From NCBI RefSeq assembly GCF_009914755.1, contig NC_060932.1: a stretch of 64,000 nucleotides of DNA; one strand, given 5' to 3'. Source of the stretch: the human T2T-CHM13v2.0 reference genome, Homo sapiens. The translations under genes were made by a program, and so were the position numbers. Below are positions 34,300-50,953 of the stretch, in pieces (within the stretch, counting starts at the first letter, position 1; every line of letters begins with the position of its first letter). The notes beneath the pieces were generated by a model. It ran no database searches, was not told the DNA's origin, and worked only from the letters and a program-made list of their open reading frames with translations.

Positions 34300-34600
34300 T
34301 TCTCTTCTAATACCACCAGCCTCTCTCTCAGATCCTGCTTCTCTTTGGGTTCACTTCTCCTCTGGCACCTTTCCCTTTGTCTAATTCACTCTTTATTTCC
34401 CTATTCAAAGTCCTAAGAAAGACAATCTGATTGGTCCAGGTTATTACCTTCAATCCTGCTTGGGTAAACCTTTTTGTACCAGAGCAGGTTACACATCACT
34501 GGCCAGCCTAGAAATTGGTTGCCCTTGGGCCAGATGGTCATCCTGATCCAATCAGCTATGACCAGGAGTCATATGGCACAGAAATGGCTAAGGAAGAAGA
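34300..34600 (-). mobile_element. MLT1-family LTR fragment
   Basis: AATCTGATTGGTCCAG..ATTGGTTGCCCTTGGGCCAGATG..TCCAATCAGCTATG. Confidence 0.55.
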
Positions 34601-34662
34601 ACCTAAGATGGAAATGAAGATGGCAAATACCATTGCCAATGTTATTTGTCAACCTCCTTAAT

Positions 34663-34693
<31 letters not shown>

Positions 34694-37586
34694 GGTTGCT
34701 CTAGTAGAGTGAAAGTAAGCAATAGAAGGCTTTGAAAATCAGAGAACTGAGCCTTTTTATGGAGACCACTGAAATCCTACAAAGGAAATATGCAGAGACT
34801 GACATGATGAAAGCAGAATTTCAGGAAGACAAGTGAATTTGTCTTCATTTTCTATTTCTTTTTCTATTAAACCATACATTGAGATTTAAAGGTCATAATA
34901 TTTTCTCTTACCCTCTCAGATCAAATGTGATGAGAAATCGGTACAGAGAGAGATGAAGGTAAAATAGCAGCCTAATTATTGGTAAAGCTAGATTACAGAA
35001 TATGGCTTAGCATTGACTTCCCCTTGAATTGACTGCCAATCCCTGGCAGGGCAGGGACAGAGCCCAAGAAGTGGAGGAGAAGGCACTATTCTGTTCAGAG
35101 GGCCAGTCTTAGGAAGAGAGAGAAAAGGTGGGGGCAGCCCAGACCCCAACTCACCACACAATCACCTCTTTGATCTTGGGAAAGAGTGAAAGAAATGCAG
35201 GAGCTATTTGTCACAACTGGTGTTTTCTGAAGACTTGGCATGTGGCAAGTAAGTCCTTTCCTGCAACATTTCTCTATCCTGAAGGCTTGTCATTCCTTAC
35301 CCCTGATTTGCCTGTTTCATCCTCTGCCAATGCATAAGAGGTTCCCTCCTCCTCCTCACCATTCTGTTTCTCCTCACTCAAAAGTCTGCTCAGAATTCAG
35401 CCTTTATATAGGGTCCCCATAAGAGAAATATCTTGATTTATCATATCTTTATTTTTTATCACCCAGAATGTATAAAATATTTTATCATATGGGTATTTTT
35501 CACTTAATATCATTACCCTAACTCAACAAAATTGGTTGTAAAACCATTCTTTCTGAAGCAAGAGAACTATGCACTTTTTAAAAACAAACAGCCTACTCTG
35601 CTTTTTCAAATGTCACCCATTAGAAAATAAAGCAGTAGATTTTTTTCTGGTTTGGGGCAGGGAAATTGTGGGCACTATAGGTATCATTGAACATGAATTC
35701 AGTCATTCTAATACAGTACAAAATCTGAAGACTACTTTTTAGGCTGTTAACAATAATTCAGAAGATATTTCCCTGTAGTACTCTGAGAAAAAATATGAAA
35801 ACAGAGAAGTTCAAGAGAAGCTATAGCAGAAAATAGTACTGGAAATTCTGGCAGGTGAATTATTTGCTTTATTCTCTCACTACTCACCTTGAAATATCTC
35901 AATCACAAAGATCTTAATAATTTTTATTAGTTTGATGACTATAAAACTTTAAAAGAGGGAGAATATTTACTTCTGGCAAAACAAAGAAACACCCATTATG
36001 TGGTAGCACATGTGGTTGTAAGACAATCAACCACAAACAACTGGCAACTTCACACATAACTTGACTCTTTTTATCCCAAACCATGTTTATTTAATTACAG
36101 CCTAGTGCCTTCATTAACGATGTTTTCAAATATCTCTTGATCCTGGCTAAGTGTTTCTAAATATTGACGTTGGGTAACAATAATTGTGACATGTATAAAA
36201 AGGAGATATTAGGCAATTAAACTGTCCAAAACAGTTGACCAAGCCATGCAAATTCTCTAAACCTAGAGGAGGATCAGTCTTGAATGTGAAGCTGTGACTT
36301 AATTCATGCACTTCTTAAGTATGAGATTCTAAGAGAGCATTGGGAAGCATAGGAAACCTTTACTAATGAACCTTCAGGGACCAGTTAGCACAGTGTGTTA
36401 AATTGGAATGCTAATTAGGTCTAGGCAATAGTTTAAATCAACCTAAATGCTTGTTAGTTTGACCAATTACAGGTGCCCAATAAGTGTTTGTTTGAATTCA
36501 GTAATTCTCTGTCCAGAGGGAATATTCTGGTTCATGAGTGGCTGAATTGAAAAATATAAGCTATTAGTCATGAATAAATTGCATATAAACTGGTGCATTT
36601 CAGCATTACTACTGGAAGTCCAAGGTCGCAGCAGTGATGGCTCAGTCAGGTCCCTTTCCTTTGGTAGGTCCTATGCAGCGATATTTCCAAATGGTCCTAG
36701 ATTATTTTGAAGCTTTTCCATGGCATGTGTAATATAATGGAAAGTACAAGAGTGAAACATCTGGGTTATAAGTCAGTCCAGAACCACCAAACTATTTAAT
36801 GACAAAGCAAGTCTAGAACCCACTGTGCTGACTTGTGGGGAGTTTTCCTTCCATTGTGGCCCCTCAAATCTCTCGAGTCTACATTTCTCCCTTTCCTACC
36901 CCCAAAGCCGGCTGCTTTCCCCTCAGTGTATTCTCAAATATTGAGTCTTAGGTTCAGACTAAATACTGTAGCCTGTATGTAGACTTTTGATTCAACGACT
37001 GGTATCCTGACTCCACAAAACCATCCCAGAATTGTTCACATGTCTCCCAGGTGCTAGAAACTGCAAAGCCCAACACTTCCCATAACAACATACACAAAGA
37101 TAGCTCTAATCCTGCAATTACACAAGAGCCAGGGGCACTGCTGCAGGTAATGAGTCAGGTCAAGAAGGATTCTAGTTTGTCTTTTGGGTAATTTAAAGCA
37201 GAGGCAATGAATCATTGTGTTAGAAGAAACGACTTTGGTATCAGACAAAACCACATGGATCTTAGGGCAAATTTCAAATTTGCCACTTCGGCAGTAGCAA
37301 ATTAGTATTAAATTCAGTTGTATGTGACAGAAAACCCCCAAATAAGCACTTAGCTAGCTAAGCTGTAGCCATGATTTCTGCATCCCAGCTAGTAGGAAGA
37401 AGGAACTGGAGGCCCCATTCTTCTAAGGACAACTGCCAGTAGTCTCCCACGTCATGCATACTTACAGCTGATGGGCCAGAACTTAGTGAAATGTCCCTGT
37501 CAAGGCTGAAGGAAGGCTGGGACATACAGCTTCCACCCTGGGTGCCCTGCTAAAAACCAGATATTCTCTGGCTAAAAAAAAAAAAA

Positions 37587-37981
<395 letters not shown>

Positions 37982-38299
37982 CTAAAATCTTCTTCTGTGA
38001 TTTAAGATAATACTTCCTTTGTGTGGATTATTTTGCTTAACCTCTCAGCGGTGTCTGACACTGTTCAGCACAAGCTCCTTCCTGAAACAATCTATTCTTC
38101 CTGTGACTTCCATAGCCGGACTCTCCTGATTTTCCTCTGACCTTTCCAGTTCTTCCCAATTTTTGTTGTTAATGGTGTTGCCTCCTCTTCCTCTTTCTGT
38201 TCCTTAGTGTTCCCATTGGCTCTGTCCTGGAACAGCTTCTTCCTCACTTCTCACTTTATCCATTTTCCTCACCGTTACCCATGGTGGAAGGAAGTATAG

Positions 38300-38490
38300 T
38301 GCACATTTATTGAATGCTTAGTATACACTAGGAACTATAAGTGTGTTATATATAGCATCTCACTTAATCCTATCAACAATCCCAAAGCTAAATACCATTG
38401 TTATTGATGGAGGTTGGTGTCATCTGTCCACTGTTGAGTAATGCCAGGTTTGGATTTTAGTCCAGGACTATCTGACTCCATGGATTTTGA
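38300..38490 (-). mobile_element. MIR
   Basis: ACATTTATTGAATGCTTAGTAT..CTCACTTAATCCT..TCTGACTCCA. Confidence 0.6.
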
Positions 38491-38852
38491 GCTTACTATC
38501 ACACCCACCCACCTTTCTCTAACCATGTAAAAGGAAAACCCTACCAGGTCCCAGCACACACTCAATTGCTTACTGGATATATCCACTGATGATCATGCAC
38601 ACATTTCAAACCCAAGATGCCCCCGAGTAAACTCCTGGTTCTTTCATCAACTATTTATTGAGCACTTATTATGTGCCAGGCACTGCTGTAGGTCCTGAAT
38701 CTACTGAAGTAACCAATAGAAACAATCTCTAATTTCATGAGATTTACTGTTTAGCTGAAGGGACAAACAGTGAAAGAAACAACATCAGTTTGAGAGAAAC
38801 ACTACAAAAAATGAAGCAGGCTAAATGGACAGAGAGATGGAGAGGGCTGTAC

Positions 38853-39598
<746 letters not shown>

Positions 39599-40323
39599 TG
39601 ATGCAGGCTATTTTAAGTAGGGTGGCCAGAAAAGGCCACTGTAAACAAAGCCTGGAGAGATAGCTGAGAGAAGAGCTTCCCAGGCCAAAATAAATGAGTC
39701 TGAAGTGAGATGAACTTGGAGTGCACAAGGAATAGTAAGGAGGTGTATGTATCTGGAGTGAGGGGAGAGCTGTGGGAACTGAGAGAGCAGGAACAGCCTA
39801 GGCCAGCACATGTGGAGGTGTGCAGGTCATGCAGCTTTGGATTTTATTCTAAGCACGATGAGAGGACAGGAGAGCAGGGGAGAATCATAACCTGACTTAG
39901 CTTGTAAGTTTGCCTGTGGGTGCTGTAATGAGTGTGGACTGGATGGGGCAAGTGTAGCAGGAAGGGAGTTCAATTAGGAGACTCTTGATTGTTATCCAGC
40001 ATTCTAAATAAGAGAAGACAGCTTGGACTAGGTTGAAAGGGGTGAAGTAATTGGTCACATATAGGATATATTTGAAAGTCAGAGTTCATTCTATTTTCTG
40101 ATGACTTGGAAGTAGGGTGGGAAAGAGAGAAGCCAGGATGGGCAACTAAATGCATGGTGGTGCCAGACAATGACATGGGAAAAGTGTGGTAAAGAAGGTT
40201 GGGAGGGATCAAGAGTTGGGTTTTCTTAGACATAAGTTTTAGATGCCAAATAGCCATCCAAGTCAAGATGTCAGGTTTTTAGGTATGTGAGTCTGAATTT
40301 AGGGACAGTTTGGATTGGCGGCA

Positions 40324-40847
40324 TGTGGTAGGCAGATTTTAGTTACTCCCCGAAGATGTCCACATCCTAATTCCCAGAGTCTGTATGTCATGTTACATGG
40401 CAAGGGGCGATTAAGGTAGCAGACGGAACTGAAGCTGCAAAACAGCTGACCTTAAAATAAAAAGATATCCTGGATTATCTAGGTGGACCCGATGTAATCA
40501 AAATGATACTTAAATGAAAGAGAGGCAGAGGACTCAGAACCAGAGATATGGCATATTCAACTAGCCAATTCTGGCTTTGAAAAGGATGAAAGCTGGTTTT
40601 TGCAGTTGGTGGAAGTGGTCATGAGCCAAGCAATTGCGGCAGCCTTCTAAAATCTGGAAAAGACAAGGAAACAGATTCCTTCTGAGAGCCCCCAGAAGGG
40701 AACACAGCCCGCCAACACCTTGAGCGTAGTTCAGCGAGAACAATTTCAGACTTCTGAGCTAAAAAGCTATAAAATAATAAAAGGTGTGCTGTTTTAAGCC
40801 ACAAAGTTTGTGGTAATTTGTTACATGTGCAATAGGAAATTAACATA
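40324..40847 (+). mobile_element. MLT1D-like solo LTR
   Basis: TGTGGTAGGCAGA..GATGTCCACATCCTAATTCCCAG..GGAAATTAACATA; 5-bp TSD CGGCA/AGGCA. Confidence 0.85.
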
Positions 40848-40869
40848 AGGCATAATTTCTCGGAAACTT

Positions 40870-41640
40870 ATTTTTTCTTCAGTGTATCCTGTCTTGGTAA
40901 ATGACATAAACTTCACCTGAAGTTTCACATGAAAGCAGAAATACGTGCCATCCTTAATTCTTTCCTCTCCTTAATGTTCCTGATCCAGTTACTATCAAGT
41001 TCTCTAGATTCTACTTACTAAATATTTATTCAAAGTTACCCTCTGTCTCCTTTCTCTGCACAGGTCATGATCATCATCATCATTCCCCTTTGGGAGAGAA
41101 GACAATAGAAACCCACCATCTGTTCCCCATTTAGCAACCAGAATAAGTGTTCTAAAATGAATATTTCAAATTATTCCTCTCACCTTGAAACTCTTCAATG
41201 GCTTGCTATTTCACTCCATAAATTCTCAACTGCTTGACATGGGTTAGAAGATCCTCCAGGGTTGCCTCTGTCTTCAGCCTTATTTCCTAACACTCGTCCT
41301 CACACTGAACTTCTTCCAGATCCTAGAAAGCATTAGGAGGCCTCTTCACTTCAGGTGTTGGCACTGGCCTTCCTCGTCCTCATAGAAAAGACTCTATCAT
41401 TCGTTACTCCCTTCCCTATCCACCTTCAGGTTCCACACTGCTCCCTTCAGGTCGTTCTCAATCTCCTAAATTGTTAGCACCCTGATATCAGGAACTTTTG
41501 CTTCAAGACGCTCATCACAATAGTGTTCTGTTTGTCCCCATGACAAACATGCTGCAGGGCTTTTGCCTGGTTTGTTCAGTACGCTATCTTCACTCCTAGC
41601 ACCCAGCACATAATAGGTGCTCAGCCAATATTTGTCGAAT
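40870..41640 (+). mobile_element. L2 fragment
   Basis: Ends CCTAGCACCCAGCACATAATAGGTGCTCAGCCAATATTTGTCGAATG. Confidence 0.6.
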
Positions 41641-42053
41641 GGTAATTACCGAAGACCTGCGAATTACTATGTTTAAAATCTCTACCAGGGTTCCTATGAC
41701 ATATTTAGTAACTATTTCCTGGAAAGTCCGTACAATGGAGCATTCAGATACTTCTAAAAAATGCAATGTTTGTGCCTATCACTAATTTTACATTCTTCAC
41801 TTTTCCCCACTTTGGAGATGAACAGTAAGAGGTAAGTGAGAGACATTGTGAGAGACATTTTAATTTCTCTTGCATTTATCATGTCACTCAACAATCATTC
41901 AATAAGTATTTATTGATACTTGTGCCAATCACTAGGTGTTGAGAATAAGTGAATAAAATAGTCTGTTTTCATGGAGTTGGCAGTGTGTGTAGATAGGGTG
42001 AGATAAAGTCTGAAAGTAAACAAACTGAAAGCTATATAAAATATCAGACAGTA

Positions 42054-42378
<325 letters not shown>

Positions 42379-42719
42379 TCAGAAAGAAGTGTGTGTGTTG
42401 ATCATTTTTTTTGCTTACAGATACTGGGAAAACTCAAAGAATAAAACATCTGAGCAGGGACCAAGAGCAATCGGGGAGTCCGTATTATGTCACAGAGAAG
42501 CGTACAAGCTTAGGAATCTTGTTTTCTGAATTCGAATCGCAGGTTGCCAGTTACACCTGTATGCGACTCAACAAGTACTTTAACCTGTCTCTTAGCTGTT
42601 ATACTACAAACCTCAGGCTTGTTAAGAGAAAATGCTCCGCAAGGAACTAAACACAGAAGGTTCTAACGCTGAGCCAAGACTGGGAAACGAACTCTGGGAA
42701 CTTACCCCAGGCTCCCCAA

Positions 42720-43300
42720 GAACATCGCCCCTCTGGCTGGAGCGCAATTGGTGATTGGCTACTTAACCCGTCCGTCCTTTCCCGCCCAGGGGTCCAATCC
42801 AATCCAGCCCGGCTCCGCTCGGAGACAGTTCGCCGAGTGGGCGGTGTCTATGACGTTTTCTGACGTGTTACGTCACGGTGGGCGGAAGTCGCGGCCGCTG
42901 TTTTGAAATCGGGCCGCGGGGGGTCTCTCAAGCTGGTTCCAACGCTGAGGCCCCACAGCCTCCCAATTCCGGGCAGACCCCTGACACCTGCTGTCTGGCC
43001 CCTTCCGGCCTGAAGCTGCAGCCGCGCCATGTCCACCCCTCCGTTGGCCGCGTCGGGGATGGCGCCCGGGCCCTTCGCCGGGCCCCAGGCTCAGCAGGCC
43101 GCCCGGGAAGTCAACACGGCGTCGCTGTGCCGCATCGGGCAGGAGACAGTGCAGGACATCGTGTACCGCACCATGGAGATCTTCCAGCTCCTGAGGAACA
43201 TGCAGGTAGGAAGGCGGGCGCGCGAGGCCAGGGGGATGCAGCTGGGAGGGAAAGGGCCTCTGGTTTCCTCTTTACGTGGGGCCCGTGGATGTCAACGGGG
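42720..43300 (+). promoter_or_regulatory. MED30: MED30 CpG-island, TATA-less promoter and exon 1 region
   Basis: High CpG density. CCAAT/ATTGG boxes at ~42747-42805; GC boxes; CRE-type TGACGT (42851, 42861) and TTACGTCA (42868); ETS CGGAAGT (42883). Confidence 0.85.
43029..43205 (+). CDS. MED30: MED30 exon 1 coding part (aa 1-59)
   Basis: GCCATG start; MSTPPLAASGMAPGPFAGPQAQQAAREVNTASLCRIGQETVQDIVYRTMEIFQLLRNMQ; donor CAG|GTAGGA; phase 0. Confidence 0.97.
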
Positions 43301-43589
43301 CTGCCCTGGGCAAACCTTAGGTGTAGGGTCTCCCCCATTCACACTCAAGAGTGTCCCCAAAAGTCGGATTTGTAGAGGTGATGTTTTCCAGACCAGATTT
43401 CTGCAGAATTGAAGCCAATTTTTTTTAGATTCAATCGAGCTCTTTAGTTACTCTGTAAACTCTTGCACCTTTCAAGGCAGAGATGGGTCGCACTCCACTT
43501 CCCTCTTTAGGTTGCTTTAAATGTTTTTTCCAGCATTTCTTCTGGGGAGGTCCAAGGAGTTGAAGAATTTACATTTTTTTTAAAAAAAC

Positions 43590-44590
43590 AGTCCTCCTTT
43601 TTTTGGCATAGTTAATATACAGTAAACTACACTCACCTAAAGTTTTGATATATATGTGTACTGTAGTCTGTATACTTGTGAAATTATCACCACAATCAAA
43701 ATAGTGTACACATCATCCCAGAAAGTTTCTTCATACCCCTCTGACATCTTTGCTTCCCACCTTCCATCGCTAAGCAACCATTGATCTGCGTTCTGTAATC
43801 ATAAATTAATTTGCATTTGCTAGGGTTTTATATAAACGGAGTCTACAGTATGTGGGCTTTTTTTTTTGTCTGAGATCCTTCACTAAGAATGCATCAATAA
43901 TTTCCTTTTTATTGCTGAGTAATGTTCCATTGTATCCATGTATCACCATTTGCCTACCTTTTCTTCTGTTGATGGACATTTGGGTTGTTTCCACTTTTTG
44001 GCTGTTGTAAATAATGCTGCTATGAACTTTTGCTGACAAATTTTTGTGTGAACGTATGTGTCATTTCTCTTGGACAGATTCAGGAGTGGAATTGCTGGAT
44101 CATGCAGTACATGTCTGTTTAATACTTTAAGAAACTTTTCCAAAGTGGCCTGAGCCATTTTACGTCCCGATTATTGCTAGTGGGAATGTAAACATTGCTG
44201 TTTGAGGGTTCTAGTTTCTCCTCATCCTCATCAACACCTGTTATGTCTTGATGCTTTCCAAATACTTCTCCCAGTCTATCCTGCCTTTTTATTCTCTTAA
44301 TACTGTCTTTTGAAGAACAGACATTTTAAATTTTGATGGAATCCAGCTTACTGATTTGTTCTTTTATAGATTTTGGTTTTGCTGTCATACCTAAGAAATC
44401 TTTGCCTAACCCAAGGTGACAAAGGGTTTCTGTTTTCTTCTAGAAGTTTTGTACTTTCAAGCTTTATATTTAGGTCTACAACCTATATTTAGTTTTGTGA
44501 GTTTTTAAATATGTATACATAGTGGCAGATACGGATCCAAGTTCATTGTTTTGCATTTGGATATCCAGTTGTTCCAGCACCATTTTGCTG
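43590..44590 (-). mobile_element. Old L1M (MC/ME-like) 3' region in intron 1
   Basis: GTTGATGGACATTTGGGTTGTTTCCAC..GCTGCTATGAAC; antisense peptide FIAALFTTAKKWKQPKCPS. Confidence 0.8.
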
Positions 44591-45347
44591 ACCCATTTTT
44601 AATGCTTGCTTATATTACCCACTACATGTAGTAGATATTATTTTTGTTTTACAGATGAAGATTCTGTACTTCAGAGAGATAAAGTGACTTGCCCAAACCT
44701 AGTCAGTGGTAGGGTAAATTTGAAACCAAGTTTTCAAAAATCTTACAGCTCTTATTTCTGTGGGTGTCCAAAAAAGTGTTTTATTGCTTTTTTTTTTTTT
44801 AACTGGTCAAGACTTTTTTTTTCGTCCTGATTATAAGAGTAATTCAGTTTCGTGGAAATTTTTAAGACCATGTGAAATATAGTACAAAGGAGATCCAGGA
44901 GAAATTATGACATTCTTTGGCAATAATTTAAAAAAATGAATAGATTCATATCTAGAATGAATAAAGTACGGATTAAATAATGTCTCAGAATTTAGCATAC
45001 TTTAAAAAAAATTTTGTCCTGTTATATGCAAAGCACCGAATAATACCTAACACTTACGAAGTACTTTCCTTGGTCAGGTACCCTGTTATAGGAGCAGTTT
45101 TAAGGAGTATTTTTATCCCTATTTTACAGTAAAGGAAACTGAGGCTTAACGAGAGAAAAAATAAATTACCCAACATCACACACGACTAATAGCTCTTCCT
45201 ACTAACCTCTTTTTAATACTAACTTGCTGTCAATGTACATTATTAAAAGATATAATACAGGTTCATGTTCTACGCAGAACTAAACTTTTTCAAAAAAAGT
45301 ATTTTATCAAAAACTAGATTACATGTGGACCTGCATTCAAAGCCAAC

Positions 45348-46235
<888 letters not shown>

Positions 46236-46544
46236 CAAAGCCAGCTTTTGAGGGACTATGATAATTATATGTGTGCTTTTCATTTTGTGAAATCTGTGAT
46301 CACTCATCCAGGACCCTTTGGGGCCTATCATAATTGGCTGAAAAGATAACAATGGGCTCCTTCATTTCCAAAAAAACTAGAAGAGGTGATAGAAATAGGA
46401 TATTCTTAACTATATATAACCTAGTGATTTGTTAATACATTTTTAGTATTCACATTTTAAAGTAATCGTCTGTATTATTGATCTACGAGAGTAAAGTGCT
46501 GTGAATACAAACTGCTAAGAATTTTTCTAAGCATTTGTTTTAAA

Positions 46545-46710
46545 GAAGTGGTTCCTGGTATACACTAGATGTCCGTTAGCCACTTGAGAGTCTGATGAAA
46601 ACTGTGAGCTCTCTTCTGAGAAAAATACACATACATTTTGAAAATTTCAGGGGTTAAAGGAAGATTTAGGGATACTCCCCAAGTATCCTTAAATCTCAGA
46701 TTAAGAGTCC
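46545..46710 (+). mobile_element. MER103-like hAT DNA element
   Basis: TTGAGAGTCTGATGAAAACTGTGAGCTCTCTTCTGAGAAAAATACACATA motif. Confidence 0.5.
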
Positions 46711-46749
46711 TTGTGGAAGATACCATTGCTTTTGTTCTGTTTATTATTC

Positions 46750-48740
46750 TTTGAATCTTTAATTTTTAAAATACATAGTACATTCAGAATTTAGGAATAA
46801 AAAAGGACAGTGCAGTGAACATTTTCCTTCCCATTCCTATCTCTTATACTATGTACCTAACTCCTCTCCACAGGCAGTGATTGTGACTGATTCTTACTAT
46901 TTTTGTGTATCTTTCCAGATATTCTCTGCATATTAAGCAAATGTTTATGTATATTGTTTCATTTTCGCCTTTTTTGCACAGATAATAGTATATTATACAC
47001 AACCATTTTGTACCTTGCTTTTTTCAGTTGATATATTTTGGAATTTATTCATACCCATACAGAAAATACTCCCTTATCCTTTTTATAGTGTATAGTTTAC
47101 ACTGCATGGAAATACTGTAATTTATTAAACCAGTTCTCTAGTGAGGGCATTTGGCTGTTTTTCATCTTTCCCTGTTAGGCTGCACCAAATAACCTCCTAC
47201 ACAAATTTGCACGTATACCTGTCGGATACGTTTTTAGAAATAGCTATGTGCTTTTGTAATTAGATACATTTTGATGAATTGTCCTCCACAGAGATTGAAC
47301 TAATTTATGCTACGGCCTAAGACCAGCACAGTGAGTTATAGCTTTTTTGGATCTTTGATCACTTGATAGGTGAAAATTCTACTTTACATTTCTCCTAGTT
47401 TGACTGAGTTTGAACATCTCTTAAAATATTTTAATTATTTATATTTTTTTCCTGCTAAATGCTTGTTCACTTATTATTCACCCATTTGTCTGTCTTTTTT
47501 TTTTTTTCATCTTTTTTACCTACCTTAATTGTAGGATTTAGCTGTTTACATACTAGAGAAACCTGCTCTGTGTGATACAACTTAAAGTTATTTTTTTCCC
47601 CGTCTTTTACCTTTTGGCTCTGCTAATGGTAGTTTTGCCATGCATTTTTTTTAAGTAGTTGAATGTATTAGTCTTTTAGGACTTCTAGGCCTTATGCCTA
47701 GTTAGAAAGGTCTTCCCCACTCAAATTAGGAAGAATTCTATAATTTTTAAAATTTCAGCCTTTACATTTAAAACTGTGATCCTTATGGAATTTATCCTAT
47801 AAAATGTGAGGTCTGGGCCTAGCCTTAACTTTTTCAAAAGGTTCACTGAATAATTCACTTGCTTCTTCCAGTGATTTCAGGTAGCTTTTATATAAGTGAA
47901 TTTGTTTCTGGATGTTCTATTCTATTCCACGTAGCTGCCTATCTTTTATGTATTAATGCAAAACATTCTTTTAATTTGTCAGGATCTAAATGTGTTACAC
48001 TTATTTTTCAGAATTTCCCTGGCTATTCTTGCTTATTTTTCCACATGTATTTTAGAATCAGCTTATTCTAAGAAAAAGCCTGTTAGCATTTTTATTAGGT
48101 CCGTTCGGCCTAGAAAGACTTGACATCATTATGATGTTGACTCTTACTAACCAAGAACATGCAGTATTCTTTTTCTGTTTTCCTATAAGGTATCTTAAGT
48201 TTTCATTTTTATCTTGAGATTTTAAAAGTTTTTTTCTAGGTATTTTATCTTTTCTGTTGCCATTGTAAATGGGGTCTTCTTTTCCCATGTTTTTGTTTGT
48301 GTTATAGATGAAAACAGAGCTATTGCTTTCTCTTTGGACCTACTTCCTTATTGAATTCTTTTATTTTTAGTAGCACTTTATCATATTATTTGTAAATAGA
48401 TTATGATGCTTTCTTTTTAATGTTTCAACATTTTTTTCTCTTTCTTCTCTAATTGCATTGGCTAGTGCTTCCAGAACAGTGTTCACTTACAGAATTAGGG
48501 TCTTAGTAGACATCCTTTTCTGTTTCTGATCTTAGTTGGAATGCTTCTAATGATTCCACATTAATCATGGTGCTGACTCTTTAACTGAAATAAAGGTATG
48601 TTGTCACATATTGAGGATTTTTTATTGAGTTTTATATTGATTTTTTAAATGGGTGTTGAATTTAGTTGAATGCCTTCTTGGTGTCTATGGATACGATCAT
48701 GTATTTATGGGTTTTCATCCATACTCATGAGTGAGATGGT
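46750..48740 (-). mobile_element. Old L1ME-like fragments
   Basis: Degenerate ORF2 antisense (CSWLVRVNIIMMS) and T-rich 3' end. Confidence 0.7.
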
Positions 48741-50794
48741 TATTGATGAGCTTTTCAGCTGAACAGCTACACCGTGGTATATACCAAGGGATCTTAGGCA
48801 TTTTTACCGTGTATACTCTGTACTATGGAAACCTTGTCTCTCTGATGTTTACTGCTCTATCCTAGCTTCTAGAACAGTGCTGACACATGAAACGTGTGTG
48901 GTATTTTTTCTTTTTAATGATTTAGTAAGTTAAGTTAGTAAGTTTGGATCTTAGATTTAACATCTAATATCTTTCTAAGTCAGCAAATTTGGGGAGTGTG
49001 ATTCTTGGCATTTCAAAAGGATTTTTGTTTTCTTTATGACAGTATTTATCAAGAGTTCTTTTACATAATACATCTTAATAAATTTTAAGTATAGATTTAT
49101 GGGTAAAATAACTCGCTTAAGTAAAATAATTCACACTGTACTTTAAAGCCTTCTGTATGTGTGCACTATGCTCAATATGGTGATATGAACCTAAGTTCCA
49201 GTCTTTACTAAGTAGAAAATATGGGCAAAGTATTAAACCCCATAATGCCATAATAAAGGTACAGAGTGCTGTTCTAGGCAAGACATAATCATCATGCTCC
49301 TTTCTGTCACCTAAACAAGAAAGCAAGGATCCACTTAAACTTTTCTCTGAATTTCTAGTTAGTGTCTGTGGAATTTCATAAACTGAGAGTTCAGGAGGAG
49401 AAATCTTACATTGTACTGAGAAATGAACCCTTAATGCCTTTCTCCTTTAAAATGTTTTGACTAGTTCAGCCTTTGATATTTTATCACATTGCTTTGAGGC
49501 ATTGTAGACTGTTTTAATGCTTGAGAATTTCTGAAACTCCTAATAATATCACACTTCAAATAATTTCAGGAGATCCATCTCCTTAACTTGTAAACCATAA
49601 CAGTACTGGAAATTTAGAAGTATGAGAAAAGAAGAAAATAAATTATTCAAGCCTATTTATCTTACACATCTTTTATCAACTATGTATAGGGCTTTCCAGT
49701 CTTTTTTCATGTTTATGGTTTTAATCATTATATGTCCTGTTTACTTTTCACTCCAAACATTGTATCATGCTTTTCTTTTTTTCTTTCTTTTTTTTTTTGG
49801 CATTCCTACCTCATGTGTTTAAAAAAGAAAAAAATGCAAACTGAGGCTTGGAAAGACTGGACTGATCACCTAGCTATTATACATGTGAATTCCTACAAAT
49901 GAAAATGCCCGAATACTAGAAAACGTGGTACTGTGTAAATAGTATTGATTCAAGTATTAGGGTGATGACACAGATCAGATTGTGGGAATAAAATATTGTA
50001 CAGCTGTACAGAGAAAGATTTTGTTCATGAGTTTCAGCAATGCAAAGTACATATTTAGTTATAAATTCTAAATAAATAGTCGATTTTTGTTTACCTGTCA
50101 TTTTATTATTTCAATATATACTTTTCTTCTTTTGATAAAATTCCTGAATTAAAAATATATCCATATCTAAGGCAGAGTTATGATCATAGCAGTTACTTGT
50201 AATAATTTATTAATGGTGTTCAAGTATAGATGGCACCCATATCTCCTGCTATTGATTTTTTTAAGTAAAACTTTAAATGACAGGTTTATATTTTAATGTA
50301 TGCCTTAAGCATCTTAATTATCTTATCAGAGTTAAGGCATTTTGAGAATATTTTTGCAATACCAGCCATATATTCTTCATTTTCTTCCACTAAAATATCA
50401 TCAGATTCACTTTTTTTTTTAAACTGTACTTTGTTTTTAACTTCTTGGTTGAGGTCAGCAGCATGCTGCATTTATATAATAGTAATATTAAAATTGTAAA
50501 TTTTTTTTTAAAGTTACACTTCAAAAATTAAAGGGGAAAAAGTATTTCAAGTCAGAGGGTTTATCACAAAGTTTTTCTAGGTCTGTTTTATAGCAGTGAA
50601 ACAGGTATGCCAAGTTGTTAATAAATGGGCATGCATTGCTCTTAAATTCTTAAAATTAAACTTGATCAGTTGTGAGGGACAGCTTATGTCTATGCATTGC
50701 CTAAAAATTGTTTCTGTTTGTTGGCTTTACTTATAGAAAATCTTGATTTTTTTTTCATTACTTGATATTTTTATTCTTTGTTTTTCCTGATAAG

Positions 50795-50953
50795 CTGCCA
50801 AATGGTGTCACTTACCACACTGGAACATATCAAGACCGGTTAACAAAGCTACAGGATAATCTTCGCCAACTTTCAGTTCTCTTCAGGAAGCTGAGATTGG
50901 TATATGACAAATGCAATGAAAACTGTGGTGGGATGGATCCCATTCCAGTCGAG
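50795..50953 (+). CDS. MED30: MED30 exon 2 (aa 60-112)
   Basis: Acceptor TAAG|CTG; LPNGVTYHTGTYQDRLTKLQDNLRQLSVLFRKLRLVYDKCNENCGGMDPIPVE; donor GAG|GTAATT; 159 nt. Confidence 0.97.

Noticed and set aside
34668-34693. Orphan poly(A) (also poly(T) near 57002 and 62858)
   Set aside because: No attached retroelement body or TSD found; treated as mononucleotide expansions.
42878-43375. 165-aa ORF overlapping MED30 exon 1
   Set aside because: GTG start in a CpG island where stops are scarce; runs through the splice donor.
43206-43412. Extension of the exon 1 ORF to 127 aa
   Set aside because: Intron read-through past the CAG|GTAGG donor.
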